From a candidate division WOR-3 bacterium (GTDB lineage Bacteria > Hydrothermota > Hydrothermia > WGAB01), in assembly GCA_027069855.1 (NCBI GenBank), contig JALXEF010000086.1, positions 1-57,410 on the forward strand: 57,410 nucleotides of DNA. Direction: 5' to 3'. The notes below the pieces were generated by a model that did not search any database, was not told where the DNA came from, and worked only from the letters and a program-made list of their open reading frames with translations. Positions 27,708 to 40,405 of the stretch are shown one piece after another (the stretch's first letter is position 1; every line of letters begins with the position of its first letter). A program made the position numbers and the translations under genes.

Positions 27708-30700
27708 GTTCCCAGCCTACCTACAAGGAATGGAAACAGAAATTCGCCTCCACCACCCCCTTTGAGCTCCGGGAGTTCCCAGCCTACCTACAAGGAATGG
27801 AAACGTAGTGCCACCGATACTCCAGACCAGGTTACACCAAGTTCCCAGCCTACCTACAAGGAATGGAAACTCGTGTACAGCATGGCACACCTCCTTTTGG
27901 TTTGGGGTTCCCAGCCTACCTACAAGGAATGGAAACGGCCGTGGCCCGCACGCCCAGGCCAAGGGGTTTCATGTAGTTCCCAGCCTACCTACAAGGAATG
28001 GAAACGCACCCTCCAGTCAACCTGTGCCCCACCCCCCTCCCGTTCCCAGCCTACCTACAAGGAATGGAAACAGGCCTTCGGTGCTGTAGAAGAGGTGCAC
28101 CCCGGGCTCGTTCCCAGCCTACCTACAAGGAATGGAAACGTGGCTCAAAAATAGGAGGTTCATGATGGCACTCAAAGTTCCCAGCCTACCTACAAGGAAT
28201 GGAAACATGAGAAGTGAAGGGGCCCCGCGCATAGTCGTATCCCGTTCCCAGCCTACCTACAAGGAATGGAAACTGGGATCACGCCTCCTGGGTACGATCC
28301 GTCTGGGAAGTTCCCAGCCTACCTACAAGGAATGGAAACAGCCTGGAAATATGCGAAGCACCTCGCTCTGCAGGTGCGTTCCCAGCCTACCTACAAGGAA
28401 TGGAAACCGAACGCCTCTACCTGCGAGACGCAGGGGAACAGGGGTTCCCAGCCTACCTACAAGGAATGGAAACGGTTGAATTGGTCTTCTATGTAGGCCC
28501 GGACCGCGAAGTTCCCAGCCTACCTACAAGGAATGGAAACTGCTGATCTGGTTGCCGGGATCGTGAGGGTGTGTTCGTTCCCAGCCTACCTACAAGGAAT
28601 GGAAACCCAAGAGACCATACCGGGATACTGCACCAAACCGAGTTCCCAGCCTACCTACAAGGAATGGAAACGGACCATTTCGGGGAGGATGCAGTCCCAG
28701 ACGGAGGTTCCCAGCCTACCTACAAGGAATGGAAACTCGTGTCCACCTCCGAGGGCCCGGGCTGGGGAATGTACGTTCCCAGCCTACCTACAAGGAATGG
28801 AAACCGAACTTCAGACTCAGGAACTTCTTGAACATCACGGGTTCCCAGCCTACCTACAAGGAATGGAAACGCGGAGGGAAGGAATGACCTGCCCAGCGGT
28901 CCGCATGTTCCCAGCCTACCTACAAGGAATGGAAACTCGGTGGTGTAAAGCAGATGGCCGACTGGTGTTGCACGGTTCCCAGCCTACCTACAAGGAATGG
29001 AAACAGCATCTCGGCCTCCAGGGTGTCGCTGGTTTCTCCGTGTTCCCAGCCTACCTACAAGGAATGGAAACGTTCCTTCTCCACGGGGACGGCGTTCACC
29101 ACGAGCCGTTCCCAGCCTACCTACAAGGAATGGAAACGGCCTACCCCGGGCTGGTGGCGGCGATGGTGCCCCGTTCCCAGCCTACCTACAAGGAATGGAA
29201 ACCAGTAAGTCGGTGAGCGTGACTACCTGTTGGAGATTGTTCCCAGCCTACCTACAAGGAATGGAAACCTCTGGAAGTCCTCCAATATGCCGGAGAAACC
29301 GTCCGTTCCCAGCCTACCTACAAGGAATGGAAACCGCTCTCCTGGAGGACGACATGGTGGCGTACCTGTTGTTCCCAGCCTACCTACAAGGAATGGAAAC
29401 TTCTGGCAACCCCAGGGGCCGAGAGGTTCATGTGGTGTTCCCAGCCTACCTACAAGGAATGGAAACTGCTTGGATTGCCTCCAGTCCAGCGCGACCTTCG
29501 TGTTCCCAGCCTACCTACAAGGAATGGAAACCAAGGTGCCCAGGCGGATGCGCAAGCCGGATAAAAGTGTTCCCAGCCTACCTACAAGGAATGGAAACTC
29601 ATATTGGTGGTGTCGGTGTTGATATCTCCGGTAGGGTTCCCAGCCTACCTACAAGGAATGGAAACTGCAATCTCCCGGGCCATCCGCCATGTCCTGGGGT
29701 GTTCCCAGCCTACCTACAAGGAATGGAAACATGAAGAGCGTAGGGAGTGCTGTGATCGCATCCGGGTTCCCAGCCTACCTACAAGGAATGGAAACTCCTC
29801 AAGGTGGTGGTCAAGGGCGGTCGGTTCACCGTTCCCAGCCTACCTACAAGGAATGGAAACAGGCCACCATCCGGGGTGGCCAGCGGCCGGTTGAGGGTTC
29901 CCAGCCTACCTACAAGGAATGGAAACGTTCTATGCATGGCCCCATCGGGCGGTCCTTGAAGGTTCCCAGCCTACCTACAAGGAATGGAAACGGTCCACGG
30001 CCCCGTCCTCAATCACCACCTGCACCACGTTCCCAGCCTACCTACAAGGAATGGAAACTCTCTCGCCTTGAGCAGTTTGCCCGGTGCCGGAGGGTTCCCA
30101 GCCTACCTACAAGGAATGGAAACGTTCCTAACCGGAGGTAAAACAATATGAGCGCTTTGTTCCCAGCCTACCTACAAGGAATGGAAACAGAGCTTGATCA
30201 CGGCAAAACTCAGCGGGTCCGCCGGGTTCCCAGCCTACCTACAAGGAATGGAAACCATCGTTCCAGGTACTGCCGTCATACGACTGAAGTACCGTTCCCA
30301 GCCTACCTACAAGGAATGGAAACCTATGCTCGCATAGTTCAGGACATCACGGTAGTTGCCCGTTCCCAGCCTACCTACAAGGAATGGAAACGAGAATGTC
30401 GGAGGACTCAATCTTTGTGGTGTCGCCGCGTTCCCAGCCTACCTACAAGGAATGGAAACGGCTTTCTCGATGGCACGTAAGACTTCTCGCTCAAGTTCCC
30501 AGCCTACCTACAAGGAATGGAAACGCGTAGCAAAGCCGCTGGCCGTGTTCGTTTCTGGCGGTTCCCAGCCTACCTACAAGGAATGGAAACGGAAATCCGG
30601 CCGAGGGGGATGCGGGGGATACGGGGTTCCCAGCCTACCTACAAGGAATGGAAACCACTATCAGGAACGATATTATCCTTGTAATACTTACGTTCCCAGC

Positions 30701-33700
30701 CTACCTACAAGGAATGGAAACGAGAAAGCGGGAGAAAGCGTGCTGCCCATCCCGTTCCGTTCCCAGCCTACCTACAAGGAATGGAAACGTTATTATCTTA
30801 ATTGGAGCTCTCAGGCGATCAACGGTTCCCAGCCTACCTACAAGGAATGGAAACCATTCTACCCTCACGAGGTAGAACTCAAAGTCGTCTGGTTCCCAGC
30901 CTACCTACAAGGAATGGAAACAATTTCTCCCGGTCTGCGGTGAAGTAAAGATTGGCAAGTTCCCAGCCTACCTACAAGGAATGGAAACCTATTATCAACG
31001 CCCTCATGGCTGTTGAAGGACGCACGTTCCCAGCCTACCTACAAGGAATGGAAACTTCCACATGTCCCAGGGTCACGGGCCCATACTTGAGCGTTCCCAG
31101 CCTACCTACAAGGAATGGAAACGGCGCATGGTGACCGTATCCCCTGCCGTGTCGATGGCGTTCCCAGCCTACCTACAAGGAATGGAAACGCCTCCAGGTC
31201 GGCGCGGTACACCAGGAAGAGGATCGTTCCCAGCCTACCTACAAGGAATGGAAACGTACACAATGTCGGCATAGTCTTCTAATGCCGCCTGGGTTCCCAG
31301 CCTACCTACAAGGAATGGAAACCCGATGCAAATGTAGTCAATGCCGTAGGTCTTGGCGAGTTCCCAGCCTACCTACAAGGAATGGAAACAATATCGGGTT
31401 GGATCAACTGGCGCGGGCCCGAATGCGTTCCCAGCCTACCTACAAGGAATGGAAACATCTATCTCCAGGGTCGTGTTTGCGAGGTCCTGGTAGTTCCCAG
31501 CCTACCTACAAGGAATGGAAACTCAACTCCTTGACCTTATTCCGGAGTTCCATATTTCCCGTTCCCAGCCTACCTACAAGGAATGGAAACTGTTGTAGGG
31601 GGTTAATGCCAAGCGGTGGTACTTCGTGTTCCCAGCCTACCTACAAGGAATGGAAACGCGACATGGCAGCTGCTATGGGCGTGAACATCCTGGTTCCCAG
31701 CCTACCTACAAGGAATGGAAACCGAAGGACCCCGTTGCCTTTTGGGTGCTGTCAAACTTGTTCCCAGCCTACCTACAAGGAATGGAAACGGGCGGTCGTT
31801 ATGGACTCGGCGGAGTTGTCTATGCTGTTCCCAGCCTACCTACAAGGAATGGAAACAAAGTACTTGCGATGAGGGATATACTGTCACTTGTAAGTTCCCA
31901 GCCTACCTACAAGGAATGGAAACGAATGGCAATCTGAACCTTGAGGATCGCCCAGCGGAGTTCCCAGCCTACCTACAAGGAATGGAAACGCCAGGCCCCA
32001 CTCTGTCCACGGTGAAGGCGTACAGGTTCCCAGCCTACCTACAAGGAATGGAAACATCTATCTCCAGGGTCGTGTTTGCGAGGTCCTGGTAGTTCCCAGC
32101 CTACCTACAAGGAATGGAAACGTCCACACCCTGGGCCTTTACCAGGTACCGGAGGGCGTTCCCAGCCTACCTACAAGGAATGGAAACATGCCCTCTCGGA
32201 TATCCCCGATGTAGTTCCCAAGCCGTTCCCAGCCTACCTACAAGGAATGGAAACCAATGTAACCCTCTGGAGAAAGGCGGAGATGTACGAGTTCCCAGCC
32301 TACCTACAAGGAATGGAAACCGATGAGGATGAGATACAGGCCGAACAGTGCGATCGCGTTCCCAGCCTACCTACAAGGAATGGAAACCCATCACGATCAC
32401 CATCATGCCCGGCCGTGAGGCCGTGTTCCCAGCCTACCTACAAGGAATGGAAACGTGCAGGATTTCCGGTTTCGGGTAAAGGGCGAAGGACGTTCCCAGC
32501 CTACCTACAAGGAATGGAAACTGCCCACCAGGGGAGAAGGCTATAGATCTTCTCCACGTTCCCAGCCTACCTACAAGGAATGGAAACTGAGTTCCTGCTT
32601 CAGGTCCTCCTTGAGGGCCTGGAGTTCCCAGCCTACCTACAAGGAATGGAAACGATACGCCGACATGCTTCACCTCCTGGATCACAAACGTTCCCAGCCT
32701 ACCTACAAGGAATGGAAACGCCGGAAACAGATTTACCCTTGAGAGCGCTCAGGCCGTTCCCAGCCTACCTACAAGGAATGGAAACTCGGCGCGGCCGCAG
32801 GGTGCTGGGGGGGCGACACTGGGTTCCCAGCCTACCTACAAGGAATGGAAACGTATTTCTTCGGCCTGCTACGGAAAGTCGCCCCGCTGTTCCCAGCCTA
32901 CCTACAAGGAATGGAAACGCGCATAGTCGTATCCCTCCCAAGGCTGCACGGAGGGTTCCCAGCCTACCTACAAGGAATGGAAACCTCTGTCGCAACTTTT
33001 CGCCCGCCACCCTTGCCCTGGGTTCCCAGCCTACCTACAAGGAATGGAAACGTGAAACTTGACCCTCACCTGGGGGCCTATGTGCACGTTCCCAGCCTAC
33101 CTACAAGGAATGGAAACGCGCCTCGCCCCGGCCCGGGCGGTGCTGCGCGCGCAAGTTCCCAGCCTACCTACAAGGAATGGAAACCCAGTTTGGGGTCACG
33201 CTGGGCAACCACACGCCGGGGTTCCCAGCCTACCTACAAGGAATGGAAACGGTACCACTCATCTACGGCGATTGTTGGCCAGTCATGTTCCCAGCCTACC
33301 TACAAGGAATGGAAACTACTGGAGGGCCTTCACCAGGCGGTTTGCCACCGAGTTCCCAGCCTACCTACAAGGAATGGAAACATGTCGGCCTTGATGCTGT
33401 CCCAGTCGGGCGTGTCAGGGTTCCCAGCCTACCTACAAGGAATGGAAACTGGCGGGAACTGGCCCAAGAAATCCTGCGGATCAACGTTCCCAGCCTACCT
33501 ACAAGGAATGGAAACACTATCTGGGAAAAGTTTGGACCTCGCCCCTTAAAGGAGTTCCCAGCCTACCTACAAGGAATGGAAACGATTTGTAGAGTTTAAA
33601 CACTCGTTAATCTCTTGCGGTGTTCCCAGCCTACCTACAAGGAATGGAAACGCGATACGGTTCTCGTGGACGTGCGTCCCCAGGAGGTTCCCAGCCTACC

Positions 33701-36700
33701 TACAAGGAATGGAAACGGTTATTTGTTTAACTCGTCTGCCTACCCTGTCTCTGTTCCCAGCCTACCTACAAGGAATGGAAACAGGGTCCTCTGAAGTTGA
33801 CGAATGGCCAGGACCGCCGGTTCCCAGCCTACCTACAAGGAATGGAAACCGCTTTCGTGGCTTGTGCCGCTTACGCTGATGGTGGGTTCCCAGCCTACCT
33901 ACAAGGAATGGAAACTGGGTGGTGGCCCTACTGGCAGCGGCAGGATTGAGCGGTTCCCAGCCTACCTACAAGGAATGGAAACTGCTTCTCCATCTCCTTC
34001 TTCAGTCGCTCCTCTTCCAGTTCCCAGCCTACCTACAAGGAATGGAAACATCTCAATCTCAAGCCAGTGTTCACGCAGGAATGCGGTTCCCAGCCTACCT
34101 ACAAGGAATGGAAACCTGGGATGAGCACGCAGAAGCGGAAACCCAGCACCGTTCCCAGCCTACCTACAAGGAATGGAAACCATTCTGGGCGACACGGTAA
34201 TGGTGCGCGGCATCAAGTTCCCAGCCTACCTACAAGGAATGGAAACTGGAACGCCTCCATCGCCCTCTGCACTTCCTTGGACGTTCCCAGCCTACCTACA
34301 AGGAATGGAAACGTGGACCCGAAGGCCGTGGAGTGGGAGCGTAACCGCGTTCCCAGCCTACCTACAAGGAATGGAAACACAGGATGGCCTCGTCTCCGTA
34401 TCTGGTCACGGCCTGTTCCCAGCCTACCTACAAGGAATGGAAACGAGGCCCTCGGCGATGTGCTTTAGGAGGGCCGTTAGGTTCCCAGCCTACCTACAAG
34501 GAATGGAAACGGTACCACTCATCTACGGCGATTGTTGGCCAGTCATGTTCCCAGCCTACCTACAAGGAATGGAAACTGGCGGGAACTGGCCCAAGAAATC
34601 CTGCGGATCAACGTTCCCAGCCTACCTACAAGGAATGGAAACGAAGGCCCGGGGCACATACGGCACGCTGTCCTCAAAGTTCCCAGCCTACCTACAAGGA
34701 ATGGAAACGCAGGTCTCCGGCGATGTCCTCCAGTTCCCTGGGATCGTTCCCAGCCTACCTACAAGGAATGGAAACGTGCTTCAGATCCTACCTGGGTTGA
34801 AACTTGAGCCCGTTCCCAGCCTACCTACAAGGAATGGAAACACCTGCCCCTGGCTCCGATGGACCGCCCCTGGGACGTTCCCAGCCTACCTACAAGGAAT
34901 GGAAACATGTCTTTAAAGGTGATTTCGGACGCCCGTTTCATCCCCGTTCCCAGCCTACCTACAAGGAATGGAAACGCAATGAAAAGATGCTTGCCATCTT
35001 TATCGCTGATGTTCCCAGCCTACCTACAAGGAATGGAAACTGGGTCATCTTGCTGATGATGTTGCTGAGGTCGGCGTTCCCAGCCTACCTACAAGGAATG
35101 GAAACAGTTCCCCAGGCCTCAGCCGGAGGGATTTCACCCCTGAACGTTCCCAGCCTACCTACAAGGAATGGAAACTTTTTCAGAACTGACCAGCGAACCA
35201 ACGCGCCGCCGAGTTCCCAGCCTACCTACAAGGAATGGAAACACGCTTTGCAGGATCAGCAGGATTCCGCGTGCAAGGTGTTCCCAGCCTACCTACAAGG
35301 AATGGAAACGTTCCTCAACGACTTGTTTCTCCATGTACACCTGGGCGTTCCCAGCCTACCTACAAGGAATGGAAACTATTTGAGCACCCAGAGATCGGGA
35401 CTTTCCTGGTAGTTCCCAGCCTACCTACAAGGAATGGAAACTTGTCCTCAGATTTCATAGCAGATGCGATAGGTGATCTCGTTCCCAGCCTACCTACAAG
35501 GAATGGAAACCGGATACTGTACTTCTGCGCCTCCCGCTTCACCCACGTTCCCAGCCTACCTACAAGGAATGGAAACATGGTCACGAACCCGCCGTACCGG
35601 CGGGCCAGAGCCGTTCCCAGCCTACCTACAAGGAATGGAAACGCAAGGTCGTACGCCTTAGCACAGATACCGGCATAAGGTTCCCAGCCTACCTACAAGG
35701 AATGGAAACATCATTCCACCATTTCAATCAAGATAGGGACTTGACAGTTCCCAGCCTACCTACAAGGAATGGAAACGCGACATGGCGGCCGCTATGGGGG
35801 TGAACATCCAGGTTCCCAGCCTACCTACAAGGAATGGAAACCGCAGCCCTCCCGGTGTTCGCAGTACGCAGGGGGCCGTTCCCAGCCTACCTACTAGGAA
35901 TGGAAACTGATAATTGCGGTTAACACTACGCCCGTTTCCACCGTGTTCCCAGCCTACCTACAAGGAATGGAAACTTTCTTCAAAGCTTGGGGGTTTTACA
36001 AGTACGGAGCGTTCCCAGCCTACCTACAAGGAATGGAAACAAGTTTCCTTCGCCATAAAGGTTGTGCTAAACTCTCGTTCCCAGCCTACCTACAAGGAAT
36101 GGAAACGATAGCATTTACACGAATGCCCCTGCGGAAGGCGTACGTTCCCAGCCTACCTACAAGGAATGGAAACGGATTTGCTGCGGGTCGCTTGGGGTAA
36201 TGGATTTCGTGTTCCCAGCCTACCTACAAGGAATGGAAACTGATTTTGCGTCGGGCCTCTTCAACGGCAGCAAGATGTTCCCAGCCTACCTACAAGGAAT
36301 GGAAACCCGTTAATCGTTGTTCTCCAACATCGGCTTGAGCCGTTCCCAGCCTACCTACAAGGAATGGAAACATGCTATGACGTCGACCTTTTGGGCAGAG
36401 GTTGACAAGTTCCCAGCCTACCTACAAGGAATGGAAACCGCCGACCGCCAGGGTGCCGGGCTTCCCGGCCCGGGGGTTCCCAGCCTACCTACAAGGAATG
36501 GAAACCTTCCCTCGATGTAGGGGTAAGGGGTGATGTCGATCACGTTCCCAGCCTACCTACAAGGAATGGAAACGTACAACACACGGAGAAACACCGTGCG
36601 GCCACTCGGTTCCCAGCCTACCTACAAGGAATGGAAACGGAGGGTAAACATGAACGGTGCTTTTCCCTTAGCCCGTTCCCAGCCTACCTACAAGGAATGG

Positions 36701-39562
36701 AAACATAAATCTGGACATTCCTGAAGACAGAAGACTGCTTGTTCCCAGCCTACCTACAAGGAATGGAAACTCAGCCGCAAGGCCAGCCTCAGAGGTGCCA
36801 GCATCGGCCGTTCCCAGCCTACCTACAAGGAATGGAAACGGTTCAAAGGGGACTTTCAGCACCTTGATGACCTCTTCGTTCCCAGCCTACCTACAAGGAA
36901 TGGAAACACAACCTCCGGGGCGAAGGCCTGGACTTCGTGATCCGTTCCCAGCCTACCTACAAGGAATGGAAACGTCCTACCTGTAAGCAGGAACAGGGCC
37001 CTGGCTCCGTTCCCAGCCTACCTACAAGGAATGGAAACGGCGCACGGTGACCGTATCCCCTGCCGTGTCGATGGCGTTCCCAGCCTACCTACAAGGAATG
37101 GAAACGGGCGATCCTTCCCCTGGTGTTTCTGGGAGCAGGACTGTTCCCAGCCTACCTACAAGGAATGGAAACTGCCTTGACCCGGTCCCCGTAGTCTCAG
37201 TTTAATCGTTCCCAGCCTACCTACAAGGAATGGAAACGGCTTTGACAGGAGATAGACGCCCACAATCAATCGCGTTCCCAGCCTACCTACAAGGAATGGA
37301 AACCTTTGAGGGTGGCATGGCAAGGTTCATGAACACCATGTTCCCAGCCTACCTACAAGGAATGGAAACTGTTCCTGGACGCCATCGACACGGCAGGGGA
37401 TACGGTGTTCCCAGCCTACCTACAAGGAATGGAAACGAGTTTCCTGGAGTCTGCGGCGCACTTCGGGGCGCAGTTCCCAGCCTACCTACAAGGAATGGAA
37501 ACTGGACAGGATAAGCGGCTGGGAAATGGGGTTGTGGTGTTCCCAGCCTACCTACAAGGAATGGAAACATGGCCTACCTGGCCACTCCCGGCTCCAATGT
37601 GCCGGGTTCCCAGCCTACCTACAAGGAATGGAAACTGTTCCTGGACGCCATCGACACGGCAGGGGATACGGTGTTCCCAGCCTACCTACAAGGAATGGAA
37701 ACGAGTTTCCTGGAGTCTGCGGCGCACTTCGGGGCGCAGTTCCCAGCCTACCTACAAGGAATGGAAACGTTCGATCGACTGGTCCGGCCAGATCTCGAAC
37801 CTGGTTCCCAGCCTACCTACAAGGAATGGAAACGACTATCTGTTTAACTCGTCCGCTTATCCCGTCCCGTTCCCAGCCTACCTACAAGGAATGGAAACTC
37901 ATCGAAAAGGCAATCAAACTTCGGAGGGAAGGAAAAGTTCCCAGCCTACCTACAAGGAATGGAAACCTGGATCAGGTTGTATAGGCTATTTCTGTCCATT
38001 CCGTTCCCAGCCTACCTACAAGGAATGGAAACAACATCGGGCTGGATCAACTGACACGGGCCCGGATGGTTCCCAGCCTACCTACAAGGAATGGAAACGT
38101 ATCAGGAGAGCACCGATGTCTGGGTGCTCAAATAGTTCCCAGCCTACCTACAAGGAATGGAAACTGGCCTGGAACTGGAACGGCAGGCCCTGCAGCTCCG
38201 GGTTCCCAGCCTACCTACAAGGAATGGAAACTGTCTCTGTAGATGTGGAGCACCACGGGCCCCTCCGTTCCCAGCCTACCTACAAGGAATGGAAACAAAT
38301 TTCACGACTTGGGGAGTGTTTTGTGTGGGGCGGGTTCCCAGCCTACCTACAAGGAATGGAAACTTGGGCCACCTCGTGGACTACACCGGTAGCGGCCTCC
38401 GTTCCCAGCCTACCTACAAGGAATGGAAACGATTATCTGTTCAACTCGTCCGCTTATCCTGTTCCCTCGTTCCCAGCCTACCTACAAGGAATGGAAACAT
38501 ATGTATCAGAGGGCACTAAGGCATATAGTTGACGCGTTCCCAGCCTACCTACAAGGAATGGAAACGAAAACGAAGGCGACCCTGGTCTCACCCTTCATCT
38601 CCGTTCCCAGCCTACCTACAAGGAATGGAAACGCGCTCCTCAATCGTTGCGATCTGCTTTTCGTAGCCCGTTCCCAGCCTACCTACAAGGAATGGAAACA
38701 CACAAGCGCGTGCTGGAACACAGCGGTCAATGTGCGTTCCCAGCCTACCTACAAGGAATGGAAACTAATCAGCTTTGCTCCGTGTTCCACAGCAGCCCGA
38801 AGTGTTCCCAGCCTACCTACAAGGAATGGAAACGGTTCACCACCTTCGTGGCTACATATGCAGCCGCCAGGTTCCCAGCCTACCTACAAGGAATGGAAAC
38901 GTAATCCAGCCCCTCCAGCTCCTCCTCGGGGATATCGAGTTCCCAGCCTACCTACAAGGAATGGAAACTGTTTTCGGCCAGCACGCCGTGGAGCGTGTGC
39001 TGGCGTTCCCAGCCTACCTACAAGGAATGGAAACTTATACAGAGTTAAAGAGGCACCCAGGCCAGGAAAGGGTTCCCAGCCTACCTACAAGGAATGGAAA
39101 CTGCCGGCTCATACTGTTTTCCCCTCCGCAGCGGCCCTGTTCCCAGCCTACCTACAAGGAATGGAAACCCTGGTATGACCCCCGGCCCCGGCGTTGGCGA
39201 GATGGTTCCCAGCCTACCTACAAGGAATGGAAACCAAAATCCCGAATGAAAAGTTCCCAGGCGGCCAGAGCCGTTCCCAGCTTACCTACAAGGGATGGAA
39301 AGGTGACTGCCTGAGAGAAAGCCAGCGACAGATTCTGCGTTTCCAGCCTACCAACAAGGTATGGAAACGGCCTCCAGTTCTCCGATCCGCTGTTTCAGAT
39401 CGTCCGTTCCCAGCCTACCTAAAGAGGAATGGAAACCTCCTCAAGTTGATCGACAGCCTGGCCCAGAACGTTCCCAGCCTACCTACAAGGGATGGAAAGG
39501 ATGCTCGCGCGCAAGACTCGCCTTATAACCACTTCTCGTTCCCAGCCCATAAGAAATGAAAG
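27708..39562 (+). CRISPR. CRISPR array, repeat GTTCCCAGCCTACCTACAAGGAATGGAAAC (30 bp), roughly 178 units
   Basis: Identical repeats with mostly 34-39 bp spacers. Count estimated from length, not counted. One internal variant at 35878; five degenerate trailer repeats (39273, 39339, 39406, 39470, 39538) give + orientation. Confidence 0.99.
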
Positions 39563-40256
39563 GACTAACTGTCGATGCACGGTGCAGCCGATCAGCCGGT
39601 ACGAGGCAAATCGCAGGGGGATCAAGCCCCATGCACCACCGCCGAAGGACCTGATGCCGGACCAGGGGTTTGCGTACAACCCGGCGGTGGCCTTTCGGCG
39701 GTTGCAAAAGACCACCTGGGACGAAGACCTCCGGGACATCGGGCCGGGGGGCTGTGAAGAGGTTTCCTTTGTAGAGCGGGTTTTCCGGAGGGGGTGTAAA
39801 CCCTTTGAGGAGTTGCCCCGGCGGCCGTTGCCCCAGGCATTCGGGATCAGGGGCAAGGAATTGGAGGAATACATCAAAACTCTGGATGGATGGTATCGCA
39901 CGCCTGCTGGGATCTATGTGCGGGTGAACACGGAGGACCTCCTGCAGCACATCCCGGAGGATCGGTGGAGATTTTTACCGTTGCTACCCTGGACATTGTT
40001 GAAACCTGCTGAAATATGGCTGGGAGTTAAATCTAAGGGACACGGCCCCGTGCTCAGAACCTTTAGCATCTTTGAAGACCCCAACAAAGAAATTGTGTAT
40101 GTGGCCATTGTGGATGTGGAGAAGTTTATGAGTGTGCTCACGACGTTCCCGATCAGCCTGAAAGAGGGGGTGCGCGGGGGGACCAAAAAGATCAGGAAAA
40201 AACTCCGGTATATTGAGAGGAAAATCAGACAGGGGGAATTGATCTATCAAAAATGA
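39492..40256 (+). pseudogene. N-terminally truncated phage MuF (minor head) protein with C-terminal PBECR-type nuclease domain, fused in frame to the array end
   Basis: NCRCTVQPI and PDQGFAYNP (MuF C-terminal motifs) from 39567; R.RFLPLL..TL..P.EIW ... TTF ... YIERKIRQGELIY resembles PBECR2. The first 25 codons derive from CRISPR repeats and a spacer. Alternative ATG at 39654. Confidence 0.7.
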
Positions 40257-40327
40257 GCCCCGGCTTCTCCGCCCTTCCACCGGAGCCTTCCAGGCTTCAT
40301 CGGGGGGCGGCCCTCCACCTGGAATCA
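40249..40327 (-). ncRNA. Predicted ~78-nt two-hairpin sRNA convergent to the PBECR ORF
   Basis: Own promoter; stems TTCCAGG/CCTGGAA and GGCTCCGG/CCGGGGCT; complementary loops CCGCCC/GGGCGG; terminal U-tract. Confidence 0.55.
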
Positions 40328-40332
40328 TCCAT

Positions 40333-40361
40333 AGTATAGCCAGCATTCTGAATCCCGTCAA
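40333..40361 (-). promoter_or_regulatory. Near-consensus sigma70 promoter
   Basis: TTGACG-17 nt-TATACT on the minus strand. Confidence 0.75.
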
Positions 40362-40405
40362 CCCCCCTTGACTTTTCTGTGTGCTTGCCTACAGGGTAGG
40401 GGGCG

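Noticed and set aside
39235-39272. Spacer 5' end CAAAATCCC matches 10900-10908 upstream of cas6, preceded by CCT (possible CreR-like autorepression)
   Set aside because: Only 9 nt match; with ~178 spacers this is readily expected by chance.
27582-39559. Dozens of ORFs with VPSLPTRNGN / FPAYLQGMET / SQPTYKEWK repeats
   Set aside because: These are translations of the stop-free CRISPR repeat, not genes.
27708-39562. Self-targeting spacers against genes in this window
   Set aside because: No convincing match seen by eye; an exhaustive alignment was not possible.
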